In this document: positions 17,026 through 26,504 of the stretch, in pieces | Numbering within the stretch: position 1 is the stretch's first letter | How the letters are laid out: every line of letters starts with the position of its first letter | IMG/VR virus record: IMGVR_UViG_3300031707_006565 | Location: 437 to 64,436 of that record | Length of the DNA stretch: 64,000 bases | Strand: one strand, 5' to 3' | Source of the DNA: a virus | Taxonomy: Duplodnaviria; Caudoviricetes | Notes under the pieces: generated by a model | Seen by the model: the letters and a program-made list of their open reading frames with translations, nothing else | Told to the model about the DNA's origin: nothing | Databases searched by the model: none | Position numbers and translations under genes: made by a program

Positions 17026-18084
17026 ATGATCAAACTACCCGAAAAAACCCTTTCCTTAAAACTGGAAAAGGGTATGTATGGAGACGCTCAGCGTCTCTCT
17101 AAAACAGAGAAGAAGCACATCTCATTTTCCTCGTTCCTTGAGCGGCTTGACCCGACCGAACCTAAATACCCGCTTGATGCGTTCGAGCGTCAACTTGCCC
17201 GTTTCGGTATCGTTACCAAAGGCGAGCAAATCAGTCTGGTTGAAGACTTCTACAAAACCTACGAATCCGCCGTCCTCTTCCCGGAATTTATCAACCGCAA
17301 CGTCTTAATCGGTTACAAATTCGGCAAGAACGAATTGAAGATTGACGATCTGATTGCGTTAACCGAATACATTGACGGCGTCGTCTTCAATCCCACTTGT
17401 GCCGTAGATTCCACCGAAGAAGAAGAAATCTATCAGGTCGGTGAAATGGGCGAATTCCCATGCACCACCATCTCTGTCGCGCCCAAGCCGGTCAAAGCAA
17501 TCAAAGTCGGCCGACGGCTCAAGGCTTCTTATGAAGTCCTGCGCCGGATGCAGATTGACCTTTTGGCGCTTCATCTTCAGATCATCGGTCTTAAGATGCA
17601 GCGGGCAATGACCAAATGGGCATTGGACGTTTTCGTCAATGGCGATGGCAATATTAATCCTGCCCCGACTCAAAACATCGAAACGCCTGGTGCGCTCAAA
17701 TACAATGATTTAGTCGATTTCGAGCTCGATTTCGCCGCGCTTGGTTTTGAAAAAACCCACATGGTTGGCACTACCGCCATTGTCAAAGACATTCTTAAGA
17801 TGGAAGAATTTAAAGATGTCGTGGCTGGTTTTAATTTCCAGGCAACCGGCAATATGGTAAGTCCATTTGGCGACATTCTCCGTTTTCATCCCTCGACTCC
17901 GGCAAACAAAATTCTGGGCTGGGACCAGAAGTCTCATCTTGAAATCATCAAAGAACGCGGTGCTCAGCTCACCGAAACCGAACGCATCATCGATAAACAA
18001 TTCGAACAGGTCGTCATCTCCGACGTGCTCGGCATCTCCAAGATTTTCACCAACGCCGGCCGCATCCTCATCATCGTATATTAA
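17026..18084 (+). CDS. Major capsid protein (HK97 fold)
   Basis: DAFERQL, VLFPEFI, VGEMGEFP, KVGRRLKASYEVLRR, NGDGN; size and position. Confidence 0.85.
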   Translation: MIKLPEKTLSLKLEKGMYGDAQRLSKTEKKHISFSSFLERLDPTEPKYPLDAFERQLARFGIVTKGEQISLVEDFYKTYESAVLFPEFINRNVLIGYKFGKNELKIDDLIALTEYIDGVVFNPTCAVDSTEEEEIYQVGEMGEFPCTTISVAPKPVKAIKVGRRLKASYEVLRRMQIDLLALHLQIIGLKMQRAMTKWALDVFVNGDGNINPAPTQNIETPGALKYNDLVDFELDFAALGFEKTHMVGTTAIVKDILKMEEFKDVVAGFNFQATGNMVSPFGDILRFHPSTPANKILGWDQKSHLEIIKERGAQLTETERIIDKQFEQVVISDVLGISKIFTNAGRILIIVY

Positions 18085-18094
18085 TGAATTTTTG

Positions 18095-18159
18095 GACGCA
18101 AAGCGTAGATGGAGCGAAAGCGACATCAACCTTTAAATCTTTAAACCTTTGAACTTTTA
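18095..18159 (+). repeat. Two small hairpins plus a family B tandem
   Basis: ACGC-AAA-GCGT; GATG..GCGAAAGC..CATC; CTTTAAAT CTTTAAAC CTTTGAAC. Confidence 0.55.
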
Positions 18160-18171
18160 TTAGGAGCTAAC

Positions 18172-18621
18172 ATGAAAAAATTATTAATAACATTATTAAT
18201 TTTATCTTTCACGATTCCACTTTTCGCTGTGACATATCTTAAAACTAGCGGTCCGACTACTCTCTGGTCTGGTGATACCTTAAAGCAAAACACGACGCTT
18301 ACCGCCTCCCCGATTTTTGTCGTTTCCACTTTTTCCTATCTGCATGCCTGGGTCTATACGGCGAACGTGGCGGATTCGACCAGTTATCGTCTCTGGTATC
18401 GTTTTGCCTTGAGCCCGTCCGATACCTTCTGCGTGCCTAACGATACCCTTGGTGCCGGAGTTTCCTCGACCATTATTCGCATTGTTGACCAATCCTGGCA
18501 TTACATCGCAATTGACCTGCCTGATACCAAACCGCCTTACATGCAGATACTCGCAACTTCTCATGCTACCGCCCACGGCAAGCGCAATCGTATCTGGGTT
18601 AAAATTTTCTTTTCACAATAA
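18172..18621 (+). CDS. Signal-peptide protein, paralog 1
   Basis: MKKLLITLLILSFTIPLFA; 149 aa. Confidence 0.8.
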   Translation: MKKLLITLLILSFTIPLFAVTYLKTSGPTTLWSGDTLKQNTTLTASPIFVVSTFSYLHAWVYTANVADSTSYRLWYRFALSPSDTFCVPNDTLGAGVSSTIIRIVDQSWHYIAIDLPDTKPPYMQILATSHATAHGKRNRIWVKIFFSQ

Positions 18622-18636
18622 ACTTAAGGAACGAAC

Positions 18637-19086
18637 ATGAAAAAAATATTTATCTCGTTGCTTTTAATTACCATTACCACGATGTGTTTTGGTACTATCT
18701 ATCTTAGAACCGCCGGTCCTCATACCTTGTATGCCGGCGACACCTTAAAGAAAAGCACGACTCTTACTAGTTCGGCGGTTTTTATTCCTTCATGTTTTAA
18801 TTATCTGCACGTTTATCTTCGCACGACCAATCCGGCAGCTGATTCGGTAAGCTATCAAATGTATTATCGTCTTGCGTTAAGTCCATCCGATTCATTTGTC
18901 GTGCCTGGGGATTCAGTTGGCACCGATATATCTTCGACCATAATCACGATCACGGATACGCTAAGGCATTATTACGTGATGAAATTGCCTGATGCCATGC
19001 CGCCTAATATGCAGATTTTATTCGCATCCGATTCTAATCAAGGTAACCGCACCCGAATCTGGACCAAAATCTTCTTCTCGCAATAA
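18637..19086 (+). CDS. Signal-peptide protein, paralog 2
   Basis: MKKIFISLLLITITTMCFG; shares GDTLK, ALSPSD, RIW.KIFFSQ. Confidence 0.8.
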   Translation: MKKIFISLLLITITTMCFGTIYLRTAGPHTLYAGDTLKKSTTLTSSAVFIPSCFNYLHVYLRTTNPAADSVSYQMYYRLALSPSDSFVVPGDSVGTDISSTIITITDTLRHYYVMKLPDAMPPNMQILFASDSNQGNRTRIWTKIFFSQ

Positions 19087-19098
19087 AATGAAAAACTT

Positions 19099-19179
19099 TT
19101 CAACGCAGAGACCGCAAAGTTCGCAGAGACAAGAAAAAAAATATCTTTTCTCGGCGGTCTCGGCGCGCTCTGCGTTGAA
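19099..19179. repeat. CGCAGAG/CTCTGCG periodic inverted repeat
   Basis: TTCAACGCAGAG...CTCTGCGTTGAA perfect ends, 9-nt internal period. Confidence 0.8.
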
Positions 19180-19194
19180 TTTTAAGGAGTAATA

Positions 19195-19419
19195 ATGTCA
19201 AAAATTAAAGTCAAAGTCCATCCAAAAATCGTCAAAGACGGTTCTGGTTTTCACGATTTCCATTCCAAGACCGACATCTACCCGAAAAAGGCGGATGAAG
19301 TTTTTGAAGTCGAAAAGACTCCGTTCATCAACCGCAAGCTCGATACCGGCGAACTAATTCTGGTCGAAAGTAAAAAAGAAAAACCGAAACCTGAAGAAGA
19401 TCCTAAGAAAACGAAATAA
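19195..19419 (+). CDS. Small head/tail accessory protein
   Basis: AAGGAG RBS; TPFINRKLDTGELILV motif typical of small myovirus proteins. Confidence 0.6.
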   Translation: MSKIKVKVHPKIVKDGSGFHDFHSKTDIYPKKADEVFEVEKTPFINRKLDTGELILVESKKEKPKPEEDPKKTK

Positions 19420-19427
19420 CATGACTA

Positions 19428-19464
19428 TTTCTCTCATCTCGCCCCTTTCTCCCATTTGCCCCAT
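19428..19464 (+). repeat. CTCCCAT-type 9-mer tandem
   Basis: TTCTCTCAT CTCGCCCCT TTCTCCCAT TTGCCCCAT. Confidence 0.6.
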
Positions 19465-19584
19465 AAGACGATTCTTCTTCTCCGAGGCACTAAGACTGCT
19501 TCAAAAAGAGTTAAACGTTTTTAAACACTTTTTAAACACTATACTGACCCGATTACAACCCCATCTCTACCTTTTATATTCTTT

Positions 19585-19617
19585 ATCCGTGTTAATCTGT
19601 GTTAATCCGCGGTTAAA
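19585..19617 (+). repeat. Family A periodic element
   Basis: ATCCGTGTTA ATCTGTGTTA ATCCGCGGTTAAA. Confidence 0.8.
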
Positions 19618-19619
19618 TT

Positions 19620-20003
19620 ATGCTTGAACTAAACGATATCATCAAAGACCGTCTATCTGTCACGGTCGATAAGCTTGAGGAAAAGCGTCCAGGGATTATC
19701 GGCCGTGCTATTCAGGAAGCCCAATCCCAGCTCGGTTACAAAGAAGACCCTGCTACCGACTTGGAAAAGCTCCACGTTGGACTTTCCGCCTCGCTTAAAC
19801 TTGGCCGCTCCGCAATTGACTTATACCAGGAAGACCTTCAGGAAGAGCAGGCAGATGATGTGCGCCGCCAGTATCAGGATCGCATCGCCTTCTTAAAGCA
19901 GAAACTTGATGAGCTTAACAAAGAATTTACCGAAATCAAAAGCCAACTCACCGGCGATCCCAATGCCACCCCGCCTTGTTTTGACATTAAAAAATCCAAA
20001 TGA
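19620..20003 (+). CDS. Head-tail adaptor
   Basis: Helical, about 127 aa; synteny. Confidence 0.55.
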   Translation: MLELNDIIKDRLSVTVDKLEEKRPGIIGRAIQEAQSQLGYKEDPATDLEKLHVGLSASLKLGRSAIDLYQEDLQEEQADDVRRQYQDRIAFLKQKLDELNKEFTEIKSQLTGDPNATPPCFDIKKSK

Positions 20004-20377
20004 CAATGAATAAGCTTAAAGATAGTTGGCAATCTCTAATGTCCCTCGTTTCAACCCAGATAACTCTTCTCAAATTTACCGAAGGTGATTATAACGAAGA
20101 CTGGGATGAAGGTAAAAAACTTTATGATGAATATCCGCTTCCTGCCCGTATTAAATATGAGATGTCCCAACGTGAACTCGAAGAGCTCGGCGAAGCGATG
20201 CTCTTGGATGCAATTTTAATCATTCGTCAAAAAGACTTAGACGAACAGACTCTGGATATTATTTCCAAAGACCATTTCAAAATCTCGGATAAAGAATACC
20301 GAATCACCAAATTCCAGCCAGTTGTTATCGCTTCGGAAAAACTCGGATTTAAAATCGGCATTAAGGAAATCTTATGA
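20000..20377 (+). CDS. Head closure protein
   Basis: Beta-rich (DHFKISDKEYRI); synteny. Confidence 0.6.
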   Translation: MTMNKLKDSWQSLMSLVSTQITLLKFTEGDYNEDWDEGKKLYDEYPLPARIKYEMSQRELEELGEAMLLDAILIIRQKDLDEQTLDIISKDHFKISDKEYRITKFQPVVIASEKLGFKIGIKEIL

Positions 20378-20406
20378 ACTTTGAACTTTTGCACGTTTAA
20401 ACTTTT
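20375..20406 (+). repeat. Family B tandem filling the gap
   Basis: TGAAC TTTGAAC TTTTGCAC GTTTAAAC TTTT then ATG. Confidence 0.7.
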
Positions 20407-20901
20407 ATGTTAAAAGGTAATTGGTCCGGCGTAACCCGCAAGCTCGAGGGCTTTCAGAAAGAACTGACTGATGGCATGCGCGAATCTACTGCCCAGTCTG
20501 CCGCCCTGGTCGAATCCACCGTCCTCGGCCATCTTAAACATCAGGACCTTGGCTGGCAATCTCTTTCTCCAGCCTATTTAAAACAAAAATTAACTAAAAA
20601 AGGTCGTGGTTCACGCCGTCTTTCCGAGAAAATTCTCATCGCAACCGCTACCTATTTTCAAAGCATTACGACTTCATTTTCAACAATAGATAAAGGACTT
20701 AAAGCTTTTGTCGGCGTTAAACGTGGTGTCGCCCGAGAAAAAGACGGAACTGACGTGGTTGATATCGCTTCGGTCCATGAATTTGGCTCTCCTAAAAATA
20801 ACATTCCCGCCCGTCCGCTCTGGCAACCTACTCTTAAAGAAACCGAACCCAAAATCAAAAAAATCTATCAGGAAAAACTTAAGGACTTACTACAAATATG
20901 A
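20407..20901 (+). CDS. Neck/tail completion protein (Mu gpG/HK97 gp10-like)
   Basis: WQSLSPAY, IASVHEFGS..NIPARPLWQP. Confidence 0.8.
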   Translation: MLKGNWSGVTRKLEGFQKELTDGMRESTAQSAALVESTVLGHLKHQDLGWQSLSPAYLKQKLTKKGRGSRRLSEKILIATATYFQSITTSFSTIDKGLKAFVGVKRGVAREKDGTDVVDIASVHEFGSPKNNIPARPLWQPTLKETEPKIKKIYQEKLKDLLQI

Positions 20902-21707
20902 TTGAATTCTGTTTCACTAATCTCGAATATTACTTAAAGCAGATTAAGAATTCTGAAGATGTGGCAGTCTTCGCTTCACCCCGCCGGCTGGTCCGTGAAA
21001 AACCTGATATCGATTTTATCAAAGCTAATGTCAAAGAGAAAAATCCTTATTGTCTAATTACCATTGCCGATTATAACGAGACCAAATTCGGCATTCATTT
21101 TGATACCTATCCCGAATATTTTATTTCCGATATCGCACACGTCGGTAAAAGTTCTGCTGCTTATCAGATTAACGGTAATCATCAGGGTAATAATTCTTAC
21201 ATTCTTAAAATAGCCGCCGGCGGCACTATCGGGACCGAACCATATCCCACCTATCAGCTGATAATCAACGATGACGATTGGACTGACCCTGCGGAAATTC
21301 CCGCTTCCGGCATAATCCCAATTGAAGATAATCTTACTTTTGATTTTCAAGTCGCGAGCATTGTGATCACCGACGATACATATTCGTTCCAGACTACTGC
21401 CCAGCAAATCAAAGTTTACAAGGAAAAAGAGATAATAATTAAATACCGTGTTGAAATCTGGGCAAAAACCAAACTCGAACTTTTTCAGACCGGCGGTTAC
21501 TTCGACCAGCTTTCCCGACTGATGATTGATAGGTATGTTACTGATGGCATCCAAATTATTAACGTTTCGCCTTCCGGTGCACGCTGGATTCAATCCGAAT
21601 TTGAAACTGAACATTCACTCATTCGCGGCGCACAGGAATTTACTTACCAGGGCGCAATTTATACTAAAAAGACCGATTGCCTGATAACCAAATTTTTATT
21701 TACATAA
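20898..21707 (+). CDS. Tail terminator-like protein with an inserted beta domain
   Basis: Synteny before the sheath gene. Confidence 0.5.
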   Translation: MIEFCFTNLEYYLKQIKNSEDVAVFASPRRLVREKPDIDFIKANVKEKNPYCLITIADYNETKFGIHFDTYPEYFISDIAHVGKSSAAYQINGNHQGNNSYILKIAAGGTIGTEPYPTYQLIINDDDWTDPAEIPASGIIPIEDNLTFDFQVASIVITDDTYSFQTTAQQIKVYKEKEIIIKYRVEIWAKTKLELFQTGGYFDQLSRLMIDRYVTDGIQIINVSPSGARWIQSEFETEHSLIRGAQEFTYQGAIYTKKTDCLITKFLFT

Positions 21708-21720
21708 TAAGGAGATATAT

Positions 21721-21945
21721 ATGTCAGAAACAAAAACAGATAACAAAAAAGATACCCAAAAGGTAACTGAAGCATCTACTTCAGCTGCCAAAGGAACCGT
21801 CTCGAAATTTTTTACCAAATTCAAAACAAAACCCTATCTCCTCGATGCCTTCTGCTTAATGCACAAATCCACGTCCGAATCCGAACTCACCGAAGCCGAC
21901 TTCAACCGCAAACTCAAGGAATTTCAAAACCGTAAAATCGGATAA
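21721..21945 (+). CDS. Small tail-associated protein
   Basis: AAGGAG RBS; LTEADFNRKLKEF. Confidence 0.6.
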   Translation: MSETKTDNKKDTQKVTEASTSAAKGTVSKFFTKFKTKPYLLDAFCLMHKSTSESELTEADFNRKLKEFQNRKIG

Positions 21946-21947
21946 TA

Positions 21948-21975
21948 CATTGAGAATTTTTAATTGTGAATTTCT
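21948..21975 (+). repeat. GAATT/TAATT 7-mer tandem (family C)
   Basis: CATTGA GAATTTT TAATTGT GAATT; also at 16080, 30743 and 31314. Confidence 0.55.
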
Positions 21976-21990
21976 AACGAAGGAGGCTAT

Positions 21991-23451
21991 ATGCCAATAA
22001 AAGATTTACCTGGCTTTTATCCTGAAATCAAGGACGGCGGACTCGGTGCATTACCTGCGCTCAACGTCTCGGTCTTTGGCTTAATCGGGGTGGCAAGTCA
22101 GGGTTCGGAAACTCCCAAGCTCATCTCCGATATCCAATCACTAATTGATGAATATGAAGCCGGCTCGATGGTCGAGCATGCGCTAGATGCCATGACCTGC
22201 GGCGCCCGTCAGATTGTCTGCTTGAAAGCAGCCACCTCGGTTGCCGACGTTATCGGCACTCCGACCAAGACCGGCACCGGCACCGGCACTGCTACCGCAA
22301 ACCTACAAGATGGTGTAACCGCAGTAAAGTGTGACCGCACTCATCTATTCCTAATTACCGTTTCCGGTGCGCTGGCTACCGCCAGATACAAATATTCCCC
22401 CAATAACGGAATTACCTGGTCTGAAGAAAAATCCTTTATAATTACCGAAACCGGTAAATCCAAAATCAATCTTGAAGACGGCACTTTCATTGAATTTTCT
22501 GATGCCAATTCATCACCCGAAAACTCATGGATTGAGAGCGATACCTGGTTGCTTGCCAACACCGAATCCAAGATGAATACCGAAGATTTAACCGATGCGG
22601 TTGACATGCTTTCCGCTTCTAAGGATGCCAACGGAACCGGCTTGCCATTCATTTACGTTGCCGCTCCTGGCGACGAAACAACCTGGGCAATTCTTGGATC
22701 CAAAGCATCTGCAATCTGGACTGCGGAACAGCGTCCGCTCTGGTTTATGATGAACTCCGATGCTCCTGATTATGACGACATCGATGGCTGGATTGAAGCC
22801 TTAGTTGCTTCAAGCGGTCAATACCGGAACAAACAGCTTGCGGTTAATGCCTTTTATGGCAGACTGCTCGATACCCGAGGTAACTTACAGGTACGGGCTG
22901 GTGGCGGTTGTATTGCCGGCTTAATTGCCAAAGGCAAACTCCACTGGTCAGTTGGCTGGGTTCGTGAAATGGTGATACCCAATTGTGTTGGTATTGAGCC
23001 ATTTAATTCTGATGCCGACAAGATGGACGACGGACGGATTGCTCAACTCAACGATGCCCGTTTCATCACCGGCCGTCACTGGCCCGGTTATGGTCGGGTT
23101 CCGACCGATGACTGGATGATGGCACCCGATACTTCTGATTTCTTCTGTATTCGTAACCGCCGCATTATGGACGCTGCAATCAATGGCGTTAAACTTGCCA
23201 ATACTCCGTTCGTCAATGAACCCGGCGTTGCCAAAGAAGACATGATCGCTTACAAAAAAGCCCTCGAACAACCGCTCGATGCCTTAATTACCGAAAGTTC
23301 GATTATGAATTTTACGTTGACTTTGATTCCGGATGCGAACATCTGGACCAACGGCATTGTTCACTGCACCGTTGCGATAATTCCGACTCCAACTAAGAAA
23401 AAGCTGGTTGCAACCTTCCAGCTCAAAACCGGCACCGCCGCATCAGTATAA
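21991..23451 (+). CDS. Contractile tail sheath (DUF2586-like)
   Basis: LPGFYPEIKDGGLG...LNDARFITGRHWPG...SDF..IRNRRIMD. Confidence 0.88.
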   Translation: MPIKDLPGFYPEIKDGGLGALPALNVSVFGLIGVASQGSETPKLISDIQSLIDEYEAGSMVEHALDAMTCGARQIVCLKAATSVADVIGTPTKTGTGTGTATANLQDGVTAVKCDRTHLFLITVSGALATARYKYSPNNGITWSEEKSFIITETGKSKINLEDGTFIEFSDANSSPENSWIESDTWLLANTESKMNTEDLTDAVDMLSASKDANGTGLPFIYVAAPGDETTWAILGSKASAIWTAEQRPLWFMMNSDAPDYDDIDGWIEALVASSGQYRNKQLAVNAFYGRLLDTRGNLQVRAGGGCIAGLIAKGKLHWSVGWVREMVIPNCVGIEPFNSDADKMDDGRIAQLNDARFITGRHWPGYGRVPTDDWMMAPDTSDFFCIRNRRIMDAAINGVKLANTPFVNEPGVAKEDMIAYKKALEQPLDALITESSIMNFTLTLIPDANIWTNGIVHCTVAIIPTPTKKKLVATFQLKTGTAASV

Positions 23452-23460
23452 GGAGGCAAC

Positions 23461-23925
23461 ATGTCATTAATTAATGGACGAGAACACGATTGGTCAGATA
23501 TCAAAATCTACTTAAACGGCATCCCGGTCGCTGATGTCAAGGAAATCAATTATCGCGATAAACAAGAAGCCGAGATGCAACATTCTAAAGGACGCAAGCC
23601 TTACGGTGTTGGTTTTGGTAATTATTCAGCCGACGGCGATATAACTCTCACTTTTGAGGAATATCGCAAGTTTGCTGATCCGGCATTAGCACTGGGACGA
23701 AAAATCTACGATTATGCGCCATTCCCCATTATCATTGCTGTTGCCGATAAAGTAAAGAGAACCGAAGGTGACCCGCCCCGCGCATACGTGAATCAGGAAT
23801 TTTCGCCGACCAAAATTATGGTTATCAAGGACACTGTTATTACCGACAAAGACGAATCCCATGTTCAGAATGTGAAAGAATTGACCGTCAAATTAACATT
23901 CATCGCCGAAGACATCGTCGGCTAA
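23461..23925 (+). CDS. Tail tube protein
   Basis: INGREHDWSDI...EINY...GRKPYGVGFGNYSADG. Confidence 0.88.
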   Translation: MSLINGREHDWSDIKIYLNGIPVADVKEINYRDKQEAEMQHSKGRKPYGVGFGNYSADGDITLTFEEYRKFADPALALGRKIYDYAPFPIIIAVADKVKRTEGDPPRAYVNQEFSPTKIMVIKDTVITDKDESHVQNVKELTVKLTFIAEDIVG

Positions 23926-23936
23926 AAATAAATAAT

Positions 23937-24010
23937 GAGTGGAATCGGGGAGTCCTTTGCTCCCCTTCCACTCCCTTAACCTTTAATGTAGGGCAAGGCT
24001 TTAGCCTTGC
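23937..24010 (+). repeat. Hairpin plus a GTAG-type REP palindrome
   Basis: GAGTGGAA..GGGGAG/CTCCCC-TTCCACTC; GTAGG-GCAAGGCT-TT-AGCCTTGC. Confidence 0.7.
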
Positions 24011-24022
24011 AGGGAGTTCACA

Positions 24023-24322
24023 ATGGACGAAAATAAATTAAAACAATTAAAAGAAAAATATGGCGAAATTTATGAAGTCGAATACGGCGACAAAAAATTC
24101 TATTTTCACAAGCCGACCCGCCCCACTTTCAAGCGCTATTATGACAAACTGCTCGATTCGGTCTATGACGCCGCTTGTGTCTTGGTTCTCGATTTAGTGA
24201 TTGAGCCATCTCAAGACGAGATTGCTAAGTTTATCGAGCAAGACCCAGCTTTTCCGATTAAAGTTGTCGGGAGACTCACCGATTTTTTCGGCTTAGCTAC
24301 GATTCAGTTAAAGAAAATTTAA
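24023..24322 (+). CDS. Tail assembly chaperone (G)
   Basis: LKEKYGEIYEV..FYFHKPTR; between tube and tape measure genes. Confidence 0.8.
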   Translation: MDENKLKQLKEKYGEIYEVEYGDKKFYFHKPTRPTFKRYYDKLLDSVYDAACVLVLDLVIEPSQDEIAKFIEQDPAFPIKVVGRLTDFFGLATIQLKKI

Positions 24323-24516
24323 GGAAATTTCGTGAAGCGATTGACCAAAATACTTTTGTTACTGCGGAAACTTTAATGAAATTCTATCACATTCCGATAC
24401 CGGATGACGACCAGCAATTTTTCCGAGCCTTCGCCGAGATTATGTGGTTCGAGGAAAGACTGATTAATATGCTTGCCGCCGCCGTCAACCTCGGCCTCTG
24501 GGGGAAAAAAAGATGA
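24283..24516 (+). CDS. -1 frameshift extension of the tail chaperone (G-T)
   Basis: In-frame slippery T TTT TTC at 24283-24289; -1 frame open to TGA 24516. Confidence 0.7.
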   Translation, partial: FFRLSYDSVKENLRKFREAIDQNTFVTAETLMKFYHIPIPDDDQQFFRAFAEIMWFEERLINMLAAAVNLGLWGKKR

Positions 24517-24555
24517 TTTGTGTTATTCGTTTCTTTTATGTAATTCGTGGTAAAA
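24516..24555 (+). repeat. Family A periodic element
   Basis: ATTTGTGTT ATTCGTTTC TTTTATGTA ATTCGTGGTAAAA. Confidence 0.7.
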
Positions 24556-24568
24556 GGATAAAATAATT

Positions 24569-26434
24569 ATGCCTATTGAAAAACTTGGTATCGAAATTGA
24601 CGCCATTGCCAAAGATGTTGCCAATCTCAAGGCAATGGTTCAGGATTTGAAAGACATCCAGACTGCCGCCGGTGGTGCTCAAACTAAGATGTCCGATTTT
24701 CAGAAGCAGGCTGAACAGACCCGCTCCCTGCGTGAAACCTTCCAGTCCATGGGTCAAATAGGGCTTGAAATGATGGCAGTTTCCGGTGGCATTCTCTATG
24801 GTATTAAAAAAATTGCAACCAGTTTCATTGATGCTTCGGTTGAGACTGAAAAATATGAACTTACTCTAAAGACTCTTTTTAAGAGCGCCCAAAAGGCAAA
24901 AGAAGAGCTTGTCTGGGCTAAAGAATTTGAGGACCTTACGCCTTATGCCCTACAGGATGTTATCAAATCAACCGTTATCTTTCGTAGTTTTGGTCTTGAT
25001 GCCCGGAAATATCTTGGCATGGCAGGTGATATGGCGGCCGTGTATGGCGGTGACGCTGCGACATTGGAAAGCGTTGTAACCGGTGTTGCTCGAGCAATGA
25101 AAATTGGCGCTGGCGGAATGGATATTTTAACTCGAAGTTATGCTATAAATGCTCGGGAGGTAAAAAAATTCGGCTGGTCAGGTCAGACAGAAGATATTGA
25201 AGGATTTCGCAAAGCTCTCGAAAAGCTTCTTGTAACCCGATTCGGTGGCGGCATGGCCGAACTTGCGAAAACTCTACCCGCTTACATTGAAGGTCTTCGT
25301 AGCCAATGGAAGAGTTTTAAAGAAGATGTTGGTACACCATTAAAAGTTGCGATACTTCCTGACATTGCTAAATTATATGAAGACATCCGAAAATTTCGAA
25401 AAACCGATGAATATCTAAAATGGGTCCAAACTATTAAAGATATTTTCGTTGGCATGTACGAGGCCATCAAAAAAACCGTTACCGAAGCTTGGAAACTTTT
25501 AAAACCAATCCTTCAATTTCTTAAAACCCATCCCGAATTTGCCAAGCTCGCCGGTAAGATTCTTTTTGTCGGTAGTGCCCTTGGATTAGGCATCGGTGCC
25601 GCCTTACGTTTTACGTCTCAGATTGGATTAACTATCCTTAGTGTTATGGCATTAAAGGCATCACTCATTAGTATTCTTAGTTCTGCTGGTTTAGCTGGTG
25701 TTGCTGGAGCTCTTAGTGGCATTACTAGTTTGCTACTTCCTCTCGGTGGTATCGCTGCTGCCGCTTTTATTGGCTGGGGTCTTGGACAGATAGCTGATGA
25801 TCTAATAATTGGTGAACGTTCTCTTGCTAAATGGGTCGAATATATCTATGACATTATTGCTGGAGGTCCAGAGGCAAAGAAAACATTTGAAGATCTTGAA
25901 TTAATTGAAAAAGGTAAAGGATTTCAGCGACAATTCAAAGACATCAAAAATCTTCGAGGATTAATTGCAAAAGGATTAGAAGATATTCCGCCTGAATTAA
26001 TGAAGTATAAACTTGAACAAAAATTACCTAAAAGTTTAAAAGAGGAATGGCAAAATCTTATTGATAAAGGAATAATTCTCCATGCCACACCCGAAACTTA
26101 TGGTTTAGCATTGGCCGAACTTGATAAAGCCCTCTATGGCTATTCACGTAGGCGGAATCAAATAAATGAACAACTAAAATTAGCCACCCTTATTGATGAG
26201 CGTAAAAAACAAGAACCCCAAATTGCCGGCGTCCCCACTCCGGCCGACCTTGGCATTACGCCGGTAACTGATATTTATGCCACAACCCGTCCCGAGATTG
26301 ATAACTATTATTACACGATTCATTTCGAACGCGATTCGGTCCAGATTAATACTCTTGATCTGAGTCCGGAAAAATTCAAGAAACTGCTCATTGAAATGTT
26401 CAACCGCCAATCCTTAGGTCCCCAAACCCCATGA
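24569..26434 (+). CDS. Tape measure protein
   Basis: TPYALQDV motif, Ala/Gly-rich helices, hydrophobic segments. Confidence 0.88.
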   Translation: MPIEKLGIEIDAIAKDVANLKAMVQDLKDIQTAAGGAQTKMSDFQKQAEQTRSLRETFQSMGQIGLEMMAVSGGILYGIKKIATSFIDASVETEKYELTLKTLFKSAQKAKEELVWAKEFEDLTPYALQDVIKSTVIFRSFGLDARKYLGMAGDMAAVYGGDAATLESVVTGVARAMKIGAGGMDILTRSYAINAREVKKFGWSGQTEDIEGFRKALEKLLVTRFGGGMAELAKTLPAYIEGLRSQWKSFKEDVGTPLKVAILPDIAKLYEDIRKFRKTDEYLKWVQTIKDIFVGMYEAIKKTVTEAWKLLKPILQFLKTHPEFAKLAGKILFVGSALGLGIGAALRFTSQIGLTILSVMALKASLISILSSAGLAGVAGALSGITSLLLPLGGIAAAAFIGWGLGQIADDLIIGERSLAKWVEYIYDIIAGGPEAKKTFEDLELIEKGKGFQRQFKDIKNLRGLIAKGLEDIPPELMKYKLEQKLPKSLKEEWQNLIDKGIILHATPETYGLALAELDKALYGYSRRRNQINEQLKLATLIDERKKQEPQIAGVPTPADLGITPVTDIYATTRPEIDNYYYTIHFERDSVQINTLDLSPEKFKKLLIEMFNRQSLGPQTP

Positions 26435-26498
26435 CCCCGTTAGATAATTTAATGTTTACAATTTTTATGCAATTAATTAATTTTTTATCTAATGGGGT
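26434..26498. repeat. ACCCCGTTAGATAA...TTATCTAATGGGGT inverted repeat
   Basis: 14-bp arms (one G-U pair), AT-rich spacer; fills the intergenic gap. Confidence 0.75.
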
Positions 26499-26504
26499 GA
26501 AATT

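Noticed and set aside
19506-19540. TTAAAC/TTTTTAAACAC repeats as a late-promoter element
   Set aside because: Short and AT-rich; cannot be separated from family B or from chance.
19089-19627. ORFs 18992-19192 and 19421-19627
   Set aside because: They largely translate repeat elements (TQRPQSSQR, SPLSPICP, SVLICVNPRL); probably non-coding.
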